63,929 bases of DNA. Source: Chloroflexia bacterium. GTDB taxonomy: Bacteria; Chloroflexota; Chloroflexia; DTKN01. This document shows, in pieces, positions 27,421-36,192 of the stretch (positions within the stretch are counted from its first letter, which is position 1; every line of letters begins with the position of its first letter). Location of the stretch: assembly GCA_034433695.1 (NCBI GenBank), contig DAOUAK010000160.1:1-63929 (forward strand). The letters run 5' to 3'. A program made the translations under genes and the position numbers. Below the pieces are notes generated by a model. That model did no database searches. It was not told the origin of the DNA and saw only the letters and a program-made list of their open reading frames with translations.

Positions 27421-28110
27421 ATGGCGATGTTTCGGAAGACCTTCGAGACGGAGCTGGAGCGACTGAAGGATGAAGTGCTCTGGCTCGGGAGCCTGGTCGC
27501 TCAGGCGATCTTGGACGCGGTGGAAGCACTGCAAAAGCACGACCTGGATACCTCTAGGGGTGTCTTGGCGATGGACAGCCAGATCAACGCCAAGCGTTTC
27601 GAGATCGAGAACCGGGTGATCACGTTGATGGCCACACAGCAGCCGATGGCGTACGACCTCCGACTGCTTGCTTCTATTTTCGAGATCGCGAGCGAACTGG
27701 AGCGGATAGGCGATTATGCCAAAGGCGTTGCTCGTGTCAGCCTCCGTATAGGGGACCAGCCGTTGCTCAAGCCGCCCCATGACCTGGCGCAGATGGCCCA
27801 GAAGGCAACGGACATGCTTCATCGTGCCTTGAGGGCCTTTGCTCAAGATGACGTGGAAGCGGCGCGCATTATTCCCCTGCAAGACGACGAGGTAGATATC
27901 CTCTACGACCGGGTATACGGTGAGTTAATGGCACACGTCATCCGGGATCCCCGGTTGATCGCACAGGCAAACTGGCTGCTGTGGGTTGCGCACAATCTGG
28001 AGCGTGTCGGAGATCGCGTTACCAACCTCTGCGAGCGGATTCTCTACACCGTAACCGGCGAGATGACGGAACTGGACACGAGCGACGACGAGTTCCGCCG
28101 ATGGTTGTAA
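27421..28110 (+). CDS. phoU: phosphate signalling complex protein PhoU
   Basis: GGGAGG RBS. Two PhoU repeats with ELERIGDYA and NLERVGDRVTN motifs. Confidence 0.9.
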   Translation: MAMFRKTFETELERLKDEVLWLGSLVAQAILDAVEALQKHDLDTSRGVLAMDSQINAKRFEIENRVITLMATQQPMAYDLRLLASIFEIASELERIGDYAKGVARVSLRIGDQPLLKPPHDLAQMAQKATDMLHRALRAFAQDDVEAARIIPLQDDEVDILYDRVYGELMAHVIRDPRLIAQANWLLWVAHNLERVGDRVTNLCERILYTVTGEMTELDTSDDEFRRWL

Positions 28111-28398
28111 CGCTCTCATTTCGCATGCCTGAAGAAGGGGCAACCGTCTGGTCGCCCTTCCCGTTCTCTGGGCCGTGGCCCTCGGCCCGGTCTGCTCCTC
28201 GCCGGTAGCCATCCGCAGGCAGGGGGGATAAGCGTGCCTTGTCCATAAAGGCCCATTGCCGGAATCGGGCATCTCCCGGCTACCTTCCCACCGGGCCTGC
28301 GTTTCCCCTCCATGACGCCCGCAGCATGGGTGTGCCTGGGGGCGGGGGCAGAGGATATCCTTACATAAATCCATAAAGGCGGAGGCCCCGGAAAAATG

Positions 28399-28427
28399 TT
28401 GCGCTGAAGACAAAAGTGTGCTATACT
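28399..28427 (+). promoter_or_regulatory. strong promoter for the seven-gene operon (TTGCGC-17-TGcTATACT)
   Basis: TTGCGC at 28399-28404, 17-nt spacer, TGc + TATACT at 28419-28427. GTAGGAGGTAGG RBS precedes ATG 28451. Confidence 0.5.
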
Positions 28428-28450
28428 GGGAGCAGTAGGAGGTAGGTCAT

Positions 28451-28753
28451 ATGCCCCTTTATACCCAGGGCGAAATGAAAGGCCTGGATGTAGAGGCAGC
28501 GGCGGCCCGGTTGGTCGAAACCGGATGGGCCGGGCCAACTTACCTTTTGCTCCAAAGCCTCCGCCCCTTGTCTTTCCTTGGGGGACAGGGCTTGCTCTTT
28601 TTGCAGCCCTTCCTCCCGTTTGCCCGGGCGCGTTCGGCGGTAAGCAGGCTGGCCGAACTGCTTTCCGACCGTTCCTACCTGGAAGCCCTGCTGTCGGCTC
28701 TGGAGGCCCGATTGCGCTCCGGAAACATGCAGGGACAGGAGGGGAAGCGATGA
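28451..28753 (+). CDS. hypothetical small protein (operon gene 1; one hydrophobic segment)
   Basis: Good RBS. 100 aa with the hydrophobic stretch PTYLLLQSLRPLSFLGGQGLLFLQPFLPF. Its stop overlaps the next start (ATGA). Confidence 0.6.
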   Translation: MPLYTQGEMKGLDVEAAAARLVETGWAGPTYLLLQSLRPLSFLGGQGLLFLQPFLPFARARSAVSRLAELLSDRSYLEALLSALEARLRSGNMQGQEGKR

Positions 28754-29559
28754 CGTTACGTTTCGGAGGTGCGACCGTCCTGGCCGGGCTGCTCCTGCTC
28801 CTTTTCTGTCTCCTTTTCTACTTCTTCTGGGTGCTCTGGCAGCGGCGCGGCCGGCTGGCCGATATCGTGTTGCGTCGCCTGCGGCCGGTCGAGGTACTGC
28901 GCTCCTTCCTGCATCGGGCCGCTGAGATGGGCGATGGGGTTCACCTTTCGCCCGGGCGGGGAGCGATCCACGATCCGGGCACCATCGCCGAAACGATGGC
29001 CGGCCTGGATGTCCTGCAGGCGGCGGCGAAGGAGGCCCTGGCAGTAGGCGTTCCGGTGCGGGCAACGGCCAACGATTCCCTGGTCAATACCGTGGTGGAG
29101 AACCGTCTGGGACGAGCCTGGCTGGCGGCCGGCCGGCCGGAGGTGGAGGTCCGGGGCGAACTCCTGGCCCAGCAGGATCGGGTGGCCTACACGGCCGGCG
29201 TTGTGGACCTCCTGGGCCGGCCCGAGGTCCAGGGCAATGTGATGCTGGGTGCCCTGGGGGAAGAAGTGCTCCTGATGGGCGAGGTCGGAGCCCATCAGAC
29301 CCGGTTTCAGGTAGTCGGCGCGGCACGGCCGGCTGCGGCCACCTTTTTGCCGCTCCTGACGGATGATTATCTCCTGGGAGAAGAACTCTACGCGGCCGGG
29401 GCCTATCTGGAACCCCGTCCGGAGCGCATCGTCAGCCTGATGGCCCAGGATGGCATCCGGATGCTCCTGCTGGGCCTGATCTTGCTGGGCACGATTCTGG
29501 CGACGGCAGGTGTACTGGAAGGTATCCTGGGGCCGCTTTTCCGGGGGATTGTGCCATAG
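28750..29559 (+). CDS. hypothetical bitopic membrane protein (operon gene 2)
   Basis: ATG at 28750. N-terminal TM ATVLAGLLLLLFCLLFYFFWVLW, a soluble middle of about 200 aa, and C-terminal TM IRMLLLGLILLGTILATAGVL. Confidence 0.7.
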   Translation: MTLRFGGATVLAGLLLLLFCLLFYFFWVLWQRRGRLADIVLRRLRPVEVLRSFLHRAAEMGDGVHLSPGRGAIHDPGTIAETMAGLDVLQAAAKEALAVGVPVRATANDSLVNTVVENRLGRAWLAAGRPEVEVRGELLAQQDRVAYTAGVVDLLGRPEVQGNVMLGALGEEVLLMGEVGAHQTRFQVVGAARPAAATFLPLLTDDYLLGEELYAAGAYLEPRPERIVSLMAQDGIRMLLLGLILLGTILATAGVLEGILGPLFRGIVP

Positions 29560-29659
29560 GGCCGTTGCACGATTTAGCCGCAGATACTCGGAAATAAGTC
29601 CGCGCTTGGGTATACCGGCTGCCACAGATGCCGGGGCTTGAAAATCGAGGGGCCGGCCG

Positions 29660-30301
29660 ATGCTCAAAAGAATTGTCACGGTGATCGTTCCCTGGGTTCT
29701 GGCCTCTACCGTAGGGCTTCTGGTCCTGCTGCACTACTTTGTCTCTATTCCTGGGCTGGACCTGGTCTTCAACGGCCTGGTCGAGTGGGCGACGATCATT
29801 GCCGCCTTCGGTCTCCTTCTGGGTCTGGTCAATGTGGCCCGGGTACACGGAAAACGGGTGGTGCAGCGGGAGAAGGACTGGCCCTACAGCCTGGTGTTGA
29901 TTCTTTCGGCTCTGGCAGTGCTGGTGCTGGGCCTCTTGCCCGGTTCCATCGGCAGCGGAAGTCGTTGGGTACAATGGGTCTTTCACTACGTCCTGGAACC
30001 TTTGTCGACCACCTTCTTTTCTCTCCTGGCCTTTTTCCTGGCCTCGGCCTTTTTCCGCTCCCTGCGGTTGCGCAACCTGGAAGCCGTTCTGGTTACCGTA
30101 ACGGCGGCGATTGTCCTTTTGGGTCAGGTGCCGCTCCGGTTACCCTGGCCTTTTCTGGAGCCGATTGCCCGTTTCCAGGAGTGGTTGCTGGAAGTGCCGG
30201 CCATGGCCGGGATACGGGCGCTCTTGCTGGGGGCCGGCCTCGGAGCGATGGCCACTGCCATACGGGTGATCCTGGGTGTGGATCGCCCCTATACGGAATA
30301 G
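29660..30301 (+). CDS. hypothetical polytopic membrane protein, ~6 TM, 213 aa (operon gene 3)
   Basis: ATG at 29660. Six hydrophobic segments judged by eye. No recognised family motif. Confidence 0.7.
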   Translation: MLKRIVTVIVPWVLASTVGLLVLLHYFVSIPGLDLVFNGLVEWATIIAAFGLLLGLVNVARVHGKRVVQREKDWPYSLVLILSALAVLVLGLLPGSIGSGSRWVQWVFHYVLEPLSTTFFSLLAFFLASAFFRSLRLRNLEAVLVTVTAAIVLLGQVPLRLPWPFLEPIARFQEWLLEVPAMAGIRALLLGAGLGAMATAIRVILGVDRPYTE

Positions 30302-30350
30302 CGGGTAACGTGTCCGGAGACGAAGGACCCGGACGCGGGAGGATCGAGCG

Positions 30351-32390
30351 GTGATACTCTGCCCAAACTGCCGTGCACCCAATCCGGACTCTTTCCGGTT
30401 CTGCGGGCGCTGTGGTAAACCGTTGCGCGAAGAAAAGGCCGAAGAACTCCCCAAGGGCGAACCGGTCCCTTCCTGGCTTCGGGAACTGGGCCAGGGGCTG
30501 GAAGCCGGTCCGGAGCCGGCCCCGCGACGGGAAAAAGCCCCAGAGGAGGAGGCGGGTCTTCCGCCGTGGCTGGCGGAGGCGCCGGCCGAGGCCCCGGCGG
30601 AGGAGGCGGGTCTTCCGCCCTGGCTGGCGGAGGCGCCGGCCGAGGCTGCGGTGGAGGAGGCGGGTCTTCCGCCCTGGCTGGCGGAGGTGCCGGCCGGAGC
30701 CCCGGTAGGGGAAGTGCCGGCCGAGGAAGCAGCCGGCCTGGTAGGTGAAGAGGAACTGGAACTGCCGCCATGGCTGGCGGAGGCCGTTCCCGAGGCCCCG
30801 GTGGAGGAGACGCCGGCCGGAGTCCCTGTGGCGGAGGTGCCGGTTGAGGAGGAACTTCCTCCGTGGCTGGCGGAGGAGGCGGCCGAGGCCCCGGTGGAGG
30901 AGATGCCGGCCGGAGTCCCTGTGGCGGAGGTGCCGGTTGAGGAGGAACTTCCGTGGCTGGCGGGGGCGCCGGCCGAGGCCGAGGCTGTGGAGGCCCCTGT
31001 AGAGGCGATACCGGAGGAGGAACTTTATGCCCTGCCGGTAACTCCGGAGGAAGAGGCGGCGCTCCCGGAGTGGGCCCGAGCGCTCAAGCCGGTGGAAGAA
31101 GAGGCGGCTTCGACGCCGTTTCTGGAAGGGGTGGAGTTGCCCGAGTGGCTACGGGTGGAGGAGCGACCGGCTGAAGAAGCCGTCGAAGTTCCGGCACCGG
31201 AACTGGCCTGGCTGGAACGGCTGGCCGGCGAAGAGGAGGAAGAGGTTCCCACGCTCGCCGCCGTCGAGCGCCTGCCGCGGCCACCTTTGCCTCCGCCGTC
31301 CCTGGCCCGCCGGCAGGCGGCAGAACTTTTTGCCGCTCTGGTGGCCACCCCGGAGCCGGAGAGGCGGCCGTTGGAGAGACGGGCCCCTTCCTTCTCCCGA
31401 CGACTGCTCCACTGGCTGGCGGAGCGCTGGCCCATGCTGGCCCTGGCACTCCTGATGATCGTGATGCTTGCGGCCAACGTCTCTCTGCCCGGTGTACGTG
31501 CGGCAGTTTCGGAGGCCGATCAGGCCTTTGCTACGGTGGAGCAGGCCATCGCCTGGTCCCCGGAGGCCGGGGAGAATCCCCGGCCGGCACTGGTAGCTTT
31601 CGACTGGGATCTCCACCGGGTGGCAGAGATGCGGCCGTTGGCGCTGGTCGTGATTCGCCATCTTCTGAAGTGGAAGTCGCCCGTGATCGCGGTCAGCACG
31701 ACTTTCCAGGGAAGCCAGTTAGCACAAGAGGTGCTGGAGACCGCGCTCCTGGAAGTTTTGTCCAGGGGAAATCTCGGGGAACCGGGAACCGGGCAAGTTT
31801 TCCAGGCCGTCGAACAACTGGTAGCCCAGGGCTATGGGGAATTTCGGGACTATACCTACGGCGACCACTTTGTCAACCTGGGGCTACGCACCGGGGCGGA
31901 GAGCGCCCTCCGCCTGCTGGCCGACCAGCCGCTGGCCTGGACCTTCCCGCGGGACTTTTTCCGAGGTCTCCCTTCGGCCGATTACCCTCTGCTTCAGCAG
32001 GTTCCATCGCTGAAGGACGTTTCTCTTCTGGTGGTCATGGTGGGGGAGGAGGACCGTGCCCTGGGCTGGTTGGAGCAGGTGATCAGCCGGTATCCGAACA
32101 AACCCTGTCTGCTGGTCATTCCGACCGAACTGGGGCCGCTGGTACAGCCGTACCGTCAGGCCTGGGCCGGAGCACCTGCCCTCCTGCGGGGGGTGGCCGC
32201 CGCTGCCCGGTACGAGGCTTTGCTCCGGGAGCGGGAACTGGTTTCCCTGAGCCCGGAACTTTCGGTGGAACGGCGCCTGAGCCTGCTTACGGTAGCCCAA
32301 TTCGGGCTGGTCATCCTGATCCTGGCAGGAAATCTGGCCCATCTGGGCCGATGGCTGGGTCGCCTGCGGAAAGGGCCGCCCCAGGTATAG
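30351..32390 (+). CDS. zinc-ribbon protein with acidic LPxWL repeat array, TM segment and large C-terminal domain (operon gene 4)
   Basis: GTG at 30351 with GGGAGG upstream. CPNCRAPNP...FCGRCG zinc ribbon, about 9-10 copies of (L/V)P(P/E/S)WL(A/R)E, TM WPMLALALLMIVMLAANV, and terminal TM LLTVAQFGLVILILAGNLA. Confidence 0.75.
   Translation: MILCPNCRAPNPDSFRFCGRCGKPLREEKAEELPKGEPVPSWLRELGQGLEAGPEPAPRREKAPEEEAGLPPWLAEAPAEAPAEEAGLPPWLAEAPAEAAVEEAGLPPWLAEVPAGAPVGEVPAEEAAGLVGEEELELPPWLAEAVPEAPVEETPAGVPVAEVPVEEELPPWLAEEAAEAPVEEMPAGVPVAEVPVEEELPWLAGAPAEAEAVEAPVEAIPEEELYALPVTPEEEAALPEWARALKPVEEEAASTPFLEGVELPEWLRVEERPAEEAVEVPAPELAWLERLAGEEEEEVPTLAAVERLPRPPLPPPSLARRQAAELFAALVATPEPERRPLERRAPSFSRRLLHWLAERWPMLALALLMIVMLAANVSLPGVRAAVSEADQAFATVEQAIAWSPEAGENPRPALVAFDWDLHRVAEMRPLALVVIRHLLKWKSPVIAVSTTFQGSQLAQEVLETALLEVLSRGNLGEPGTGQVFQAVEQLVAQGYGEFRDYTYGDHFVNLGLRTGAESALRLLADQPLAWTFPRDFFRGLPSADYPLLQQVPSLKDVSLLVVMVGEEDRALGWLEQVISRYPNKPCLLVIPTELGPLVQPYRQAWAGAPALLRGVAAAARYEALLRERELVSLSPELSVERRLSLLTVAQFGLVILILAGNLAHLGRWLGRLRKGPPQV
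30545..30706 (+). repeat. three tandem 54-bp coding repeats (EEAGLPPWLAEAPAEAPA units)
   Basis: GGAGGAGGC unit starts at 30545, 30599 and 30653 (period exactly 54 nt). The copies are near-identical. Confidence 0.9.
30792..30974 (+). repeat. two tandem ~93/90-bp coding repeats (EAPVEE(T/M)PAGVPVAEVPVEEELP(P)WLAE units)
   Basis: GAGGCCCCGGTGGAGGAGA starts at 30792 and 30885. The second copy lacks 3 nt. Confidence 0.9.
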
Positions 32391-32405
32391 AAAGGTGGCG
32401 GAGAG

Positions 32406-33047
32406 ATGGAACAGGTCCTTGGCCTCTGGGTAGCGGCACTTCTCACCCTGATGGTCTACAGTTTCCTGATCGCCGACAACCCTCTTTTTCGTTTGGCCGA
32501 GCATCTGCTGGTGGGGACGGCGCTGGGGTACGCTGCGCTGCTGGTCCTGGAGCGGGTGCTTCTGCCGAGTTTGGGCATGGCGCTGGCCGGCTCTTCGGTC
32601 GCGGACCCTCTGACCCGTCTGATGACTGCGCTGGGCATCGTATGGGGCGTCCTGCTCTGGTTCTGGCTGGCGCGGCCGGTACGGTGGCTGTCCTCCTGGC
32701 CTCTGGCCATTGTCTTTGGGGTGGGGTCTGCCCTAGCCATCGGGGGAATCCTGATGGGCACTCTCCTCCCCCAGGTGCGGGCGAGCATGTTACCCCTGAG
32801 CGGGCCCGGTCTGCTGGATAACCTCATCATTGTGGTGGTTGTGCTGGCCGGCCTCACCTACTTTTTCTTCGCCATCCGTCCGGATCGCCCGGTAGGGCGC
32901 TTGATCGGACGAATAGCCCAACTGGGCCGCTGGTTTCTGCTGGTGGCCCTGGGTTCGTTCCTCGGCACCCGGGCCCTTTCGCTTCTGAATGCCCTGGCCG
33001 AGCGTTTCGAGTTTCTGGCCCGCTGGTTGCGAACGATTTTGCCCTGA
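32406..33047 (+). CDS. hypothetical polytopic membrane protein, ~6 TM, 213 aa (operon gene 5)
   Basis: ATG at 32406, 15 nt after gene 4. Six hydrophobic segments, and the same length as gene 3. Confidence 0.7.
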   Translation: MEQVLGLWVAALLTLMVYSFLIADNPLFRLAEHLLVGTALGYAALLVLERVLLPSLGMALAGSSVADPLTRLMTALGIVWGVLLWFWLARPVRWLSSWPLAIVFGVGSALAIGGILMGTLLPQVRASMLPLSGPGLLDNLIIVVVVLAGLTYFFFAIRPDRPVGRLIGRIAQLGRWFLLVALGSFLGTRALSLLNALAERFEFLARWLRTILP

Positions 33048-33059
33048 GGAGGCTCCCGG

Positions 33060-34958
33060 ATGGATGCCGATGCCGATTTTCGGGCCGTCCTGGTGGCGGA
33101 TTGCGGAATCGAACGTACCCGCGTATCGCTGGTGGATGTCGTCGAGGAGAACGAGTACCGCCTGGTGGCCCAGTGCGAAGTTCCCTCGACGGTGGACCCT
33201 CCTCTGACCAATGTGACCGTTGCCGTTCGGCAGGCCATTACTGAACTGGAGGGCTGTACCGGACGACGGCTCCTGGAGGACGGCCGATTGCGTATCCCCC
33301 AGGGGAGGGACGGGCAAGGGGTAGATGCTCTTGTGGCTACCTGTAGTGCCGGCGGCCCCCTGCCGATCCTGGTACTGGCCGTTACCGCCGACATCACCGC
33401 ACAGAGTGCCATACGTGCCCTGGAGGGGACCTATGCCGTGCCCATCCGGGTGGTAACGATGGAGGAGGTTCTGCGGAACGATCCCCTGGCCGAGGCGACC
33501 CAGGGAGATGAGGTCTGGTGGAAAGTTATCGAGAGGCTTCATCCGGGTGGCGTGCTTCTGGTGGGTGGGGTGGATGGTGGACATATCGCCCCGGTGCTGG
33601 CTCTGGCCCGGCTTCTGGCCGAAGCCCTGCCTCCACGCCCCACGAGGCTGGAGCAGGAACTTCCCCTTCCTCCTCTGCCCGTGATCTATGCCGGCAACCG
33701 GCGGGCGCAGGAGGCGGTACGGAATTATTTGGCCGAACAGGTAGACCTGCGTTTGGCCGAGAACGTCCGTCCCGCAATACGAGAGGAAAACCTGTTGCCG
33801 GCCCGGCAGGAAATTGCGCGGCTGTACGAGGAGCAAATCCTCCGGCATCTGCCGGGCTATGAGGAACTGGCCTCCTGGGTCCAAAGCCCGGTGCAAATGC
33901 CCTACCTGGGGCTCCAGTTAGTGGCCCGTTTCCTGGCCGCCCATTACCGGCGTCGGGTTCTGGCCGTGGACCTGGGAAGTGCCTCCACGACGATGGTGTG
34001 GGCTGCCGGGGAAGAGTGCGGCCGGGTGGTATTGGGGCAATTCGGCCTGGGGTACGGGTTGGCCCGCCTTCTGGCCCGTCGGGGGGCCGGCCGCATTCGG
34101 CGATGGTTGCCTTTTCCCATTTCGGAGGAGGAGGTGCGGACCCGGGTGCTGAACCGCTATCTGCGGCCGCGCACCTTGCCCACGACGGTGGAGGACTTGA
34201 TCCTGCAACAGGCCCTGGCCCGGGAGGCGCTGGCCGGGGCCTGGGCCAAAGTGCAGGAGGAGGCCGGCCAGCCGGAGATGGTGGTGGCGACCGGCGGAGG
34301 GCTTGCCCGGATGCCGCGTCCTGTCCAGGCCGTGCTGGTCCTCCTGGATGCGCTTGCCCCCAGCGGCGAAAATCCGACCGGCCTGGTGGACCTCTACCTG
34401 GACCGCTCCTGCCTCCTTCCTTCAGTTGGAGCCCTCGCCACGTTGAATCCCGATGCCGCGGCCTGCGTCCTCCTGAGGGATGCCCTGTGGCATCTGGGCC
34501 CGTGCCTCGTTCCTCTGGGACGGGCGAAACCGGGCGCTCTGGCCCTCTCCCTGGAACTGGAATACGCCGGCGAGATGCGGCAGGAGGTCGAGGTACGCTG
34601 GGGGGATATAGTCCTGGTCCCTTTCCGTATGGGGGAGGAAGCGCACCTGACGGTGCGGCCGGCCCGGGGGGTCTACGTGGGCCAGGGCCGGCCGGGCGAG
34701 CAACTCACCACCCGGGGTGGGGAAATGATCCGCGGCGGTGCCCTGGGGCTGATCGTGGACGCCCGAGGCCGTCCGCTCCTCCTGCCCGAGGCCGAAGAGC
34801 AACGCCCGGAGTTGCTGCGGAAATGGTTGAGGCGGTGTGGGGCCTGTACGGAGGAAGAACTGGCCGAACTCCAACGTAAGCCGCCTGCGGAGACGTTGCC
34901 GGGCTCCGAAATGACGGTGGAAGAACCCCTGGCCGAATCCATAAGGAGTGCAGAGTGA
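33060..34958 (+). CDS. GlmL/MutL-type (glutamate-mutase-L-like) actin-fold (ASKHA) ATPase homologue with long C-terminal extension (operon gene 6)
   Basis: GAGGAGG RBS. The N-terminal phosphate-1-like strand VLVADCGIERTRVSLVD, LLVGGVDGGH (GlmL-type GGxDGG motif), PVIYAGNRRAQE and VVATGGGLA (adenosine-type GGG) are in the order expected for GlmL-like proteins. Confidence 0.7.
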   Translation: MDADADFRAVLVADCGIERTRVSLVDVVEENEYRLVAQCEVPSTVDPPLTNVTVAVRQAITELEGCTGRRLLEDGRLRIPQGRDGQGVDALVATCSAGGPLPILVLAVTADITAQSAIRALEGTYAVPIRVVTMEEVLRNDPLAEATQGDEVWWKVIERLHPGGVLLVGGVDGGHIAPVLALARLLAEALPPRPTRLEQELPLPPLPVIYAGNRRAQEAVRNYLAEQVDLRLAENVRPAIREENLLPARQEIARLYEEQILRHLPGYEELASWVQSPVQMPYLGLQLVARFLAAHYRRRVLAVDLGSASTTMVWAAGEECGRVVLGQFGLGYGLARLLARRGAGRIRRWLPFPISEEEVRTRVLNRYLRPRTLPTTVEDLILQQALAREALAGAWAKVQEEAGQPEMVVATGGGLARMPRPVQAVLVLLDALAPSGENPTGLVDLYLDRSCLLPSVGALATLNPDAAACVLLRDALWHLGPCLVPLGRAKPGALALSLELEYAGEMRQEVEVRWGDIVLVPFRMGEEAHLTVRPARGVYVGQGRPGEQLTTRGGEMIRGGALGLIVDARGRPLLLPEAEEQRPELLRKWLRRCGACTEEELAELQRKPPAETLPGSEMTVEEPLAESIRSAE

Positions 34959-36130
34959 CGGTTTACTATCCTACCTTCCAGCCTATGGTCAACCCGCTTA
35001 CGATGGTTACCCGGGTGCGGGAACTTCCCTATGCCGGGGAAGTGCTCGTGCGGGTGGGCAACCGGGTGGAACCGGACGAGGTGGTGGCCCGGACGCTTCT
35101 TCCATCCCGGGGCCGGAGGCTTCCGGTGGCCCGCCTCCTGGGGATACCGGAAAAAGACCTTCCTGCTGCCGTGCTCCTGGAAGACGGTGCCGAGGTCGAG
35201 GCCGGCGACATTTTGGTACGGGTGGGGCGGGTACGGCCGCGGGTCTTTCGTAGCCCGCTTTCCGGGACCCTCTCCACAGCCGAGGCCGCCCGGGGCTATC
35301 TGGTTATCACCCCACCGGCCCAGACCTTTGAACTCCGGGCCGTCCTCAAGGGCTTTGTCCTGGCCGTGGAGCCGTATCGCTCGGTGACCATCCAGTCCCC
35401 GGCGGCGGTGGTGCAGGGGGTCTTTGGCCTGGGTATGGAGCGGCACGGCGTCCTGCGCGTGGCGGTGACCTCGGCCGGCGATGAACTTTTGCCCGAGATG
35501 ATCGACGAGCGCTCCGCCCTGGCCATCCTTCTGGGAGGCGGACCGGTGAGTGCGGCAGCGCTGGAGCGGGCCATATCGTACCGGGTGCGGGGACTGGTGG
35601 TGGGCAGCATTCCGGTCGAGGAACTCGAGGCCTTCCTGGGTTATCGCGGCGATGCCGACTGGGAACGGGACGGTTGGGGCTTTCCTCCCGGCACCATGGG
35701 GCGCGACTTTCCCCTGACCCTGGTGGTGACCGAAGGGCTGGGGCGCCGGCCGATGTCCTCGCGAGCCTTTGAACTCCTGGCTTCTTACGACGGCCGGGAG
35801 GCGTTGATCGAGGGTCGGACCTGCCTGCACGGGACGGAAATGTACCGGCCGCAGGTTGTGGTACCCCTTCCCCGGGCCGATCTGGCCGAGATTCCCCCGG
35901 CGGAGGCGGCGGAGCACCTGGTTGTGGGTATGGAGGTCCGGTTGCTGGGCGAGGATTTCCTGGGGCAAATCGGTACGGTGGTGGCTTTCCCGCGGGGCCT
36001 TCGGGCCATGCCCTGTGGAGCACGTTACCGGGTGGCAGAGGTACGTCTGGAGACGGGTTCGGTGGTCACCGTTCCGCTGGAAAATCTGGAGGTGCTGGGG
36101 CCGGGAAAGGCCAAGCGAGTAGCCCGGTAG
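34955..36130 (+). CDS. hypothetical protein with barrel-sandwich (lipoyl/HlyD-like) N-terminal motifs and KOW-like C-terminus (operon gene 7)
   Basis: GTG at 34955 overlaps the gene 6 stop (GTGA). GEVLVRVGNRVEPDEVVA, VEAGDILVRV and SPLSGTL resemble hybrid-barrel motifs. The C-terminal VGMEVRLLGEDFLGQIGTVV...VPLENLEVL is KOW-like. Confidence 0.65.
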   Translation: MTVYYPTFQPMVNPLTMVTRVRELPYAGEVLVRVGNRVEPDEVVARTLLPSRGRRLPVARLLGIPEKDLPAAVLLEDGAEVEAGDILVRVGRVRPRVFRSPLSGTLSTAEAARGYLVITPPAQTFELRAVLKGFVLAVEPYRSVTIQSPAAVVQGVFGLGMERHGVLRVAVTSAGDELLPEMIDERSALAILLGGGPVSAAALERAISYRVRGLVVGSIPVEELEAFLGYRGDADWERDGWGFPPGTMGRDFPLTLVVTEGLGRRPMSSRAFELLASYDGREALIEGRTCLHGTEMYRPQVVVPLPRADLAEIPPAEAAEHLVVGMEVRLLGEDFLGQIGTVVAFPRGLRAMPCGARYRVAEVRLETGSVVTVPLENLEVLGPGKAKRVAR

Positions 36131-36192
36131 GACCTGGATTGGCGCGGGGCCGAAAAAGCGTTATCTTCAGTGTGTCGGGGCGGGCCGGGAAA

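Noticed and set aside
28111-28398. 288-nt gap after phoU checked for an RNA gene, riboswitch or small ORF.
   Set aside because: I recognised no conserved RNA motif (RNase P, SRP, tmRNA, 6S, common riboswitch cores). The ORFs there are Pro/Gly/Arg-rich. Only the promoter at its 3' end is supported.
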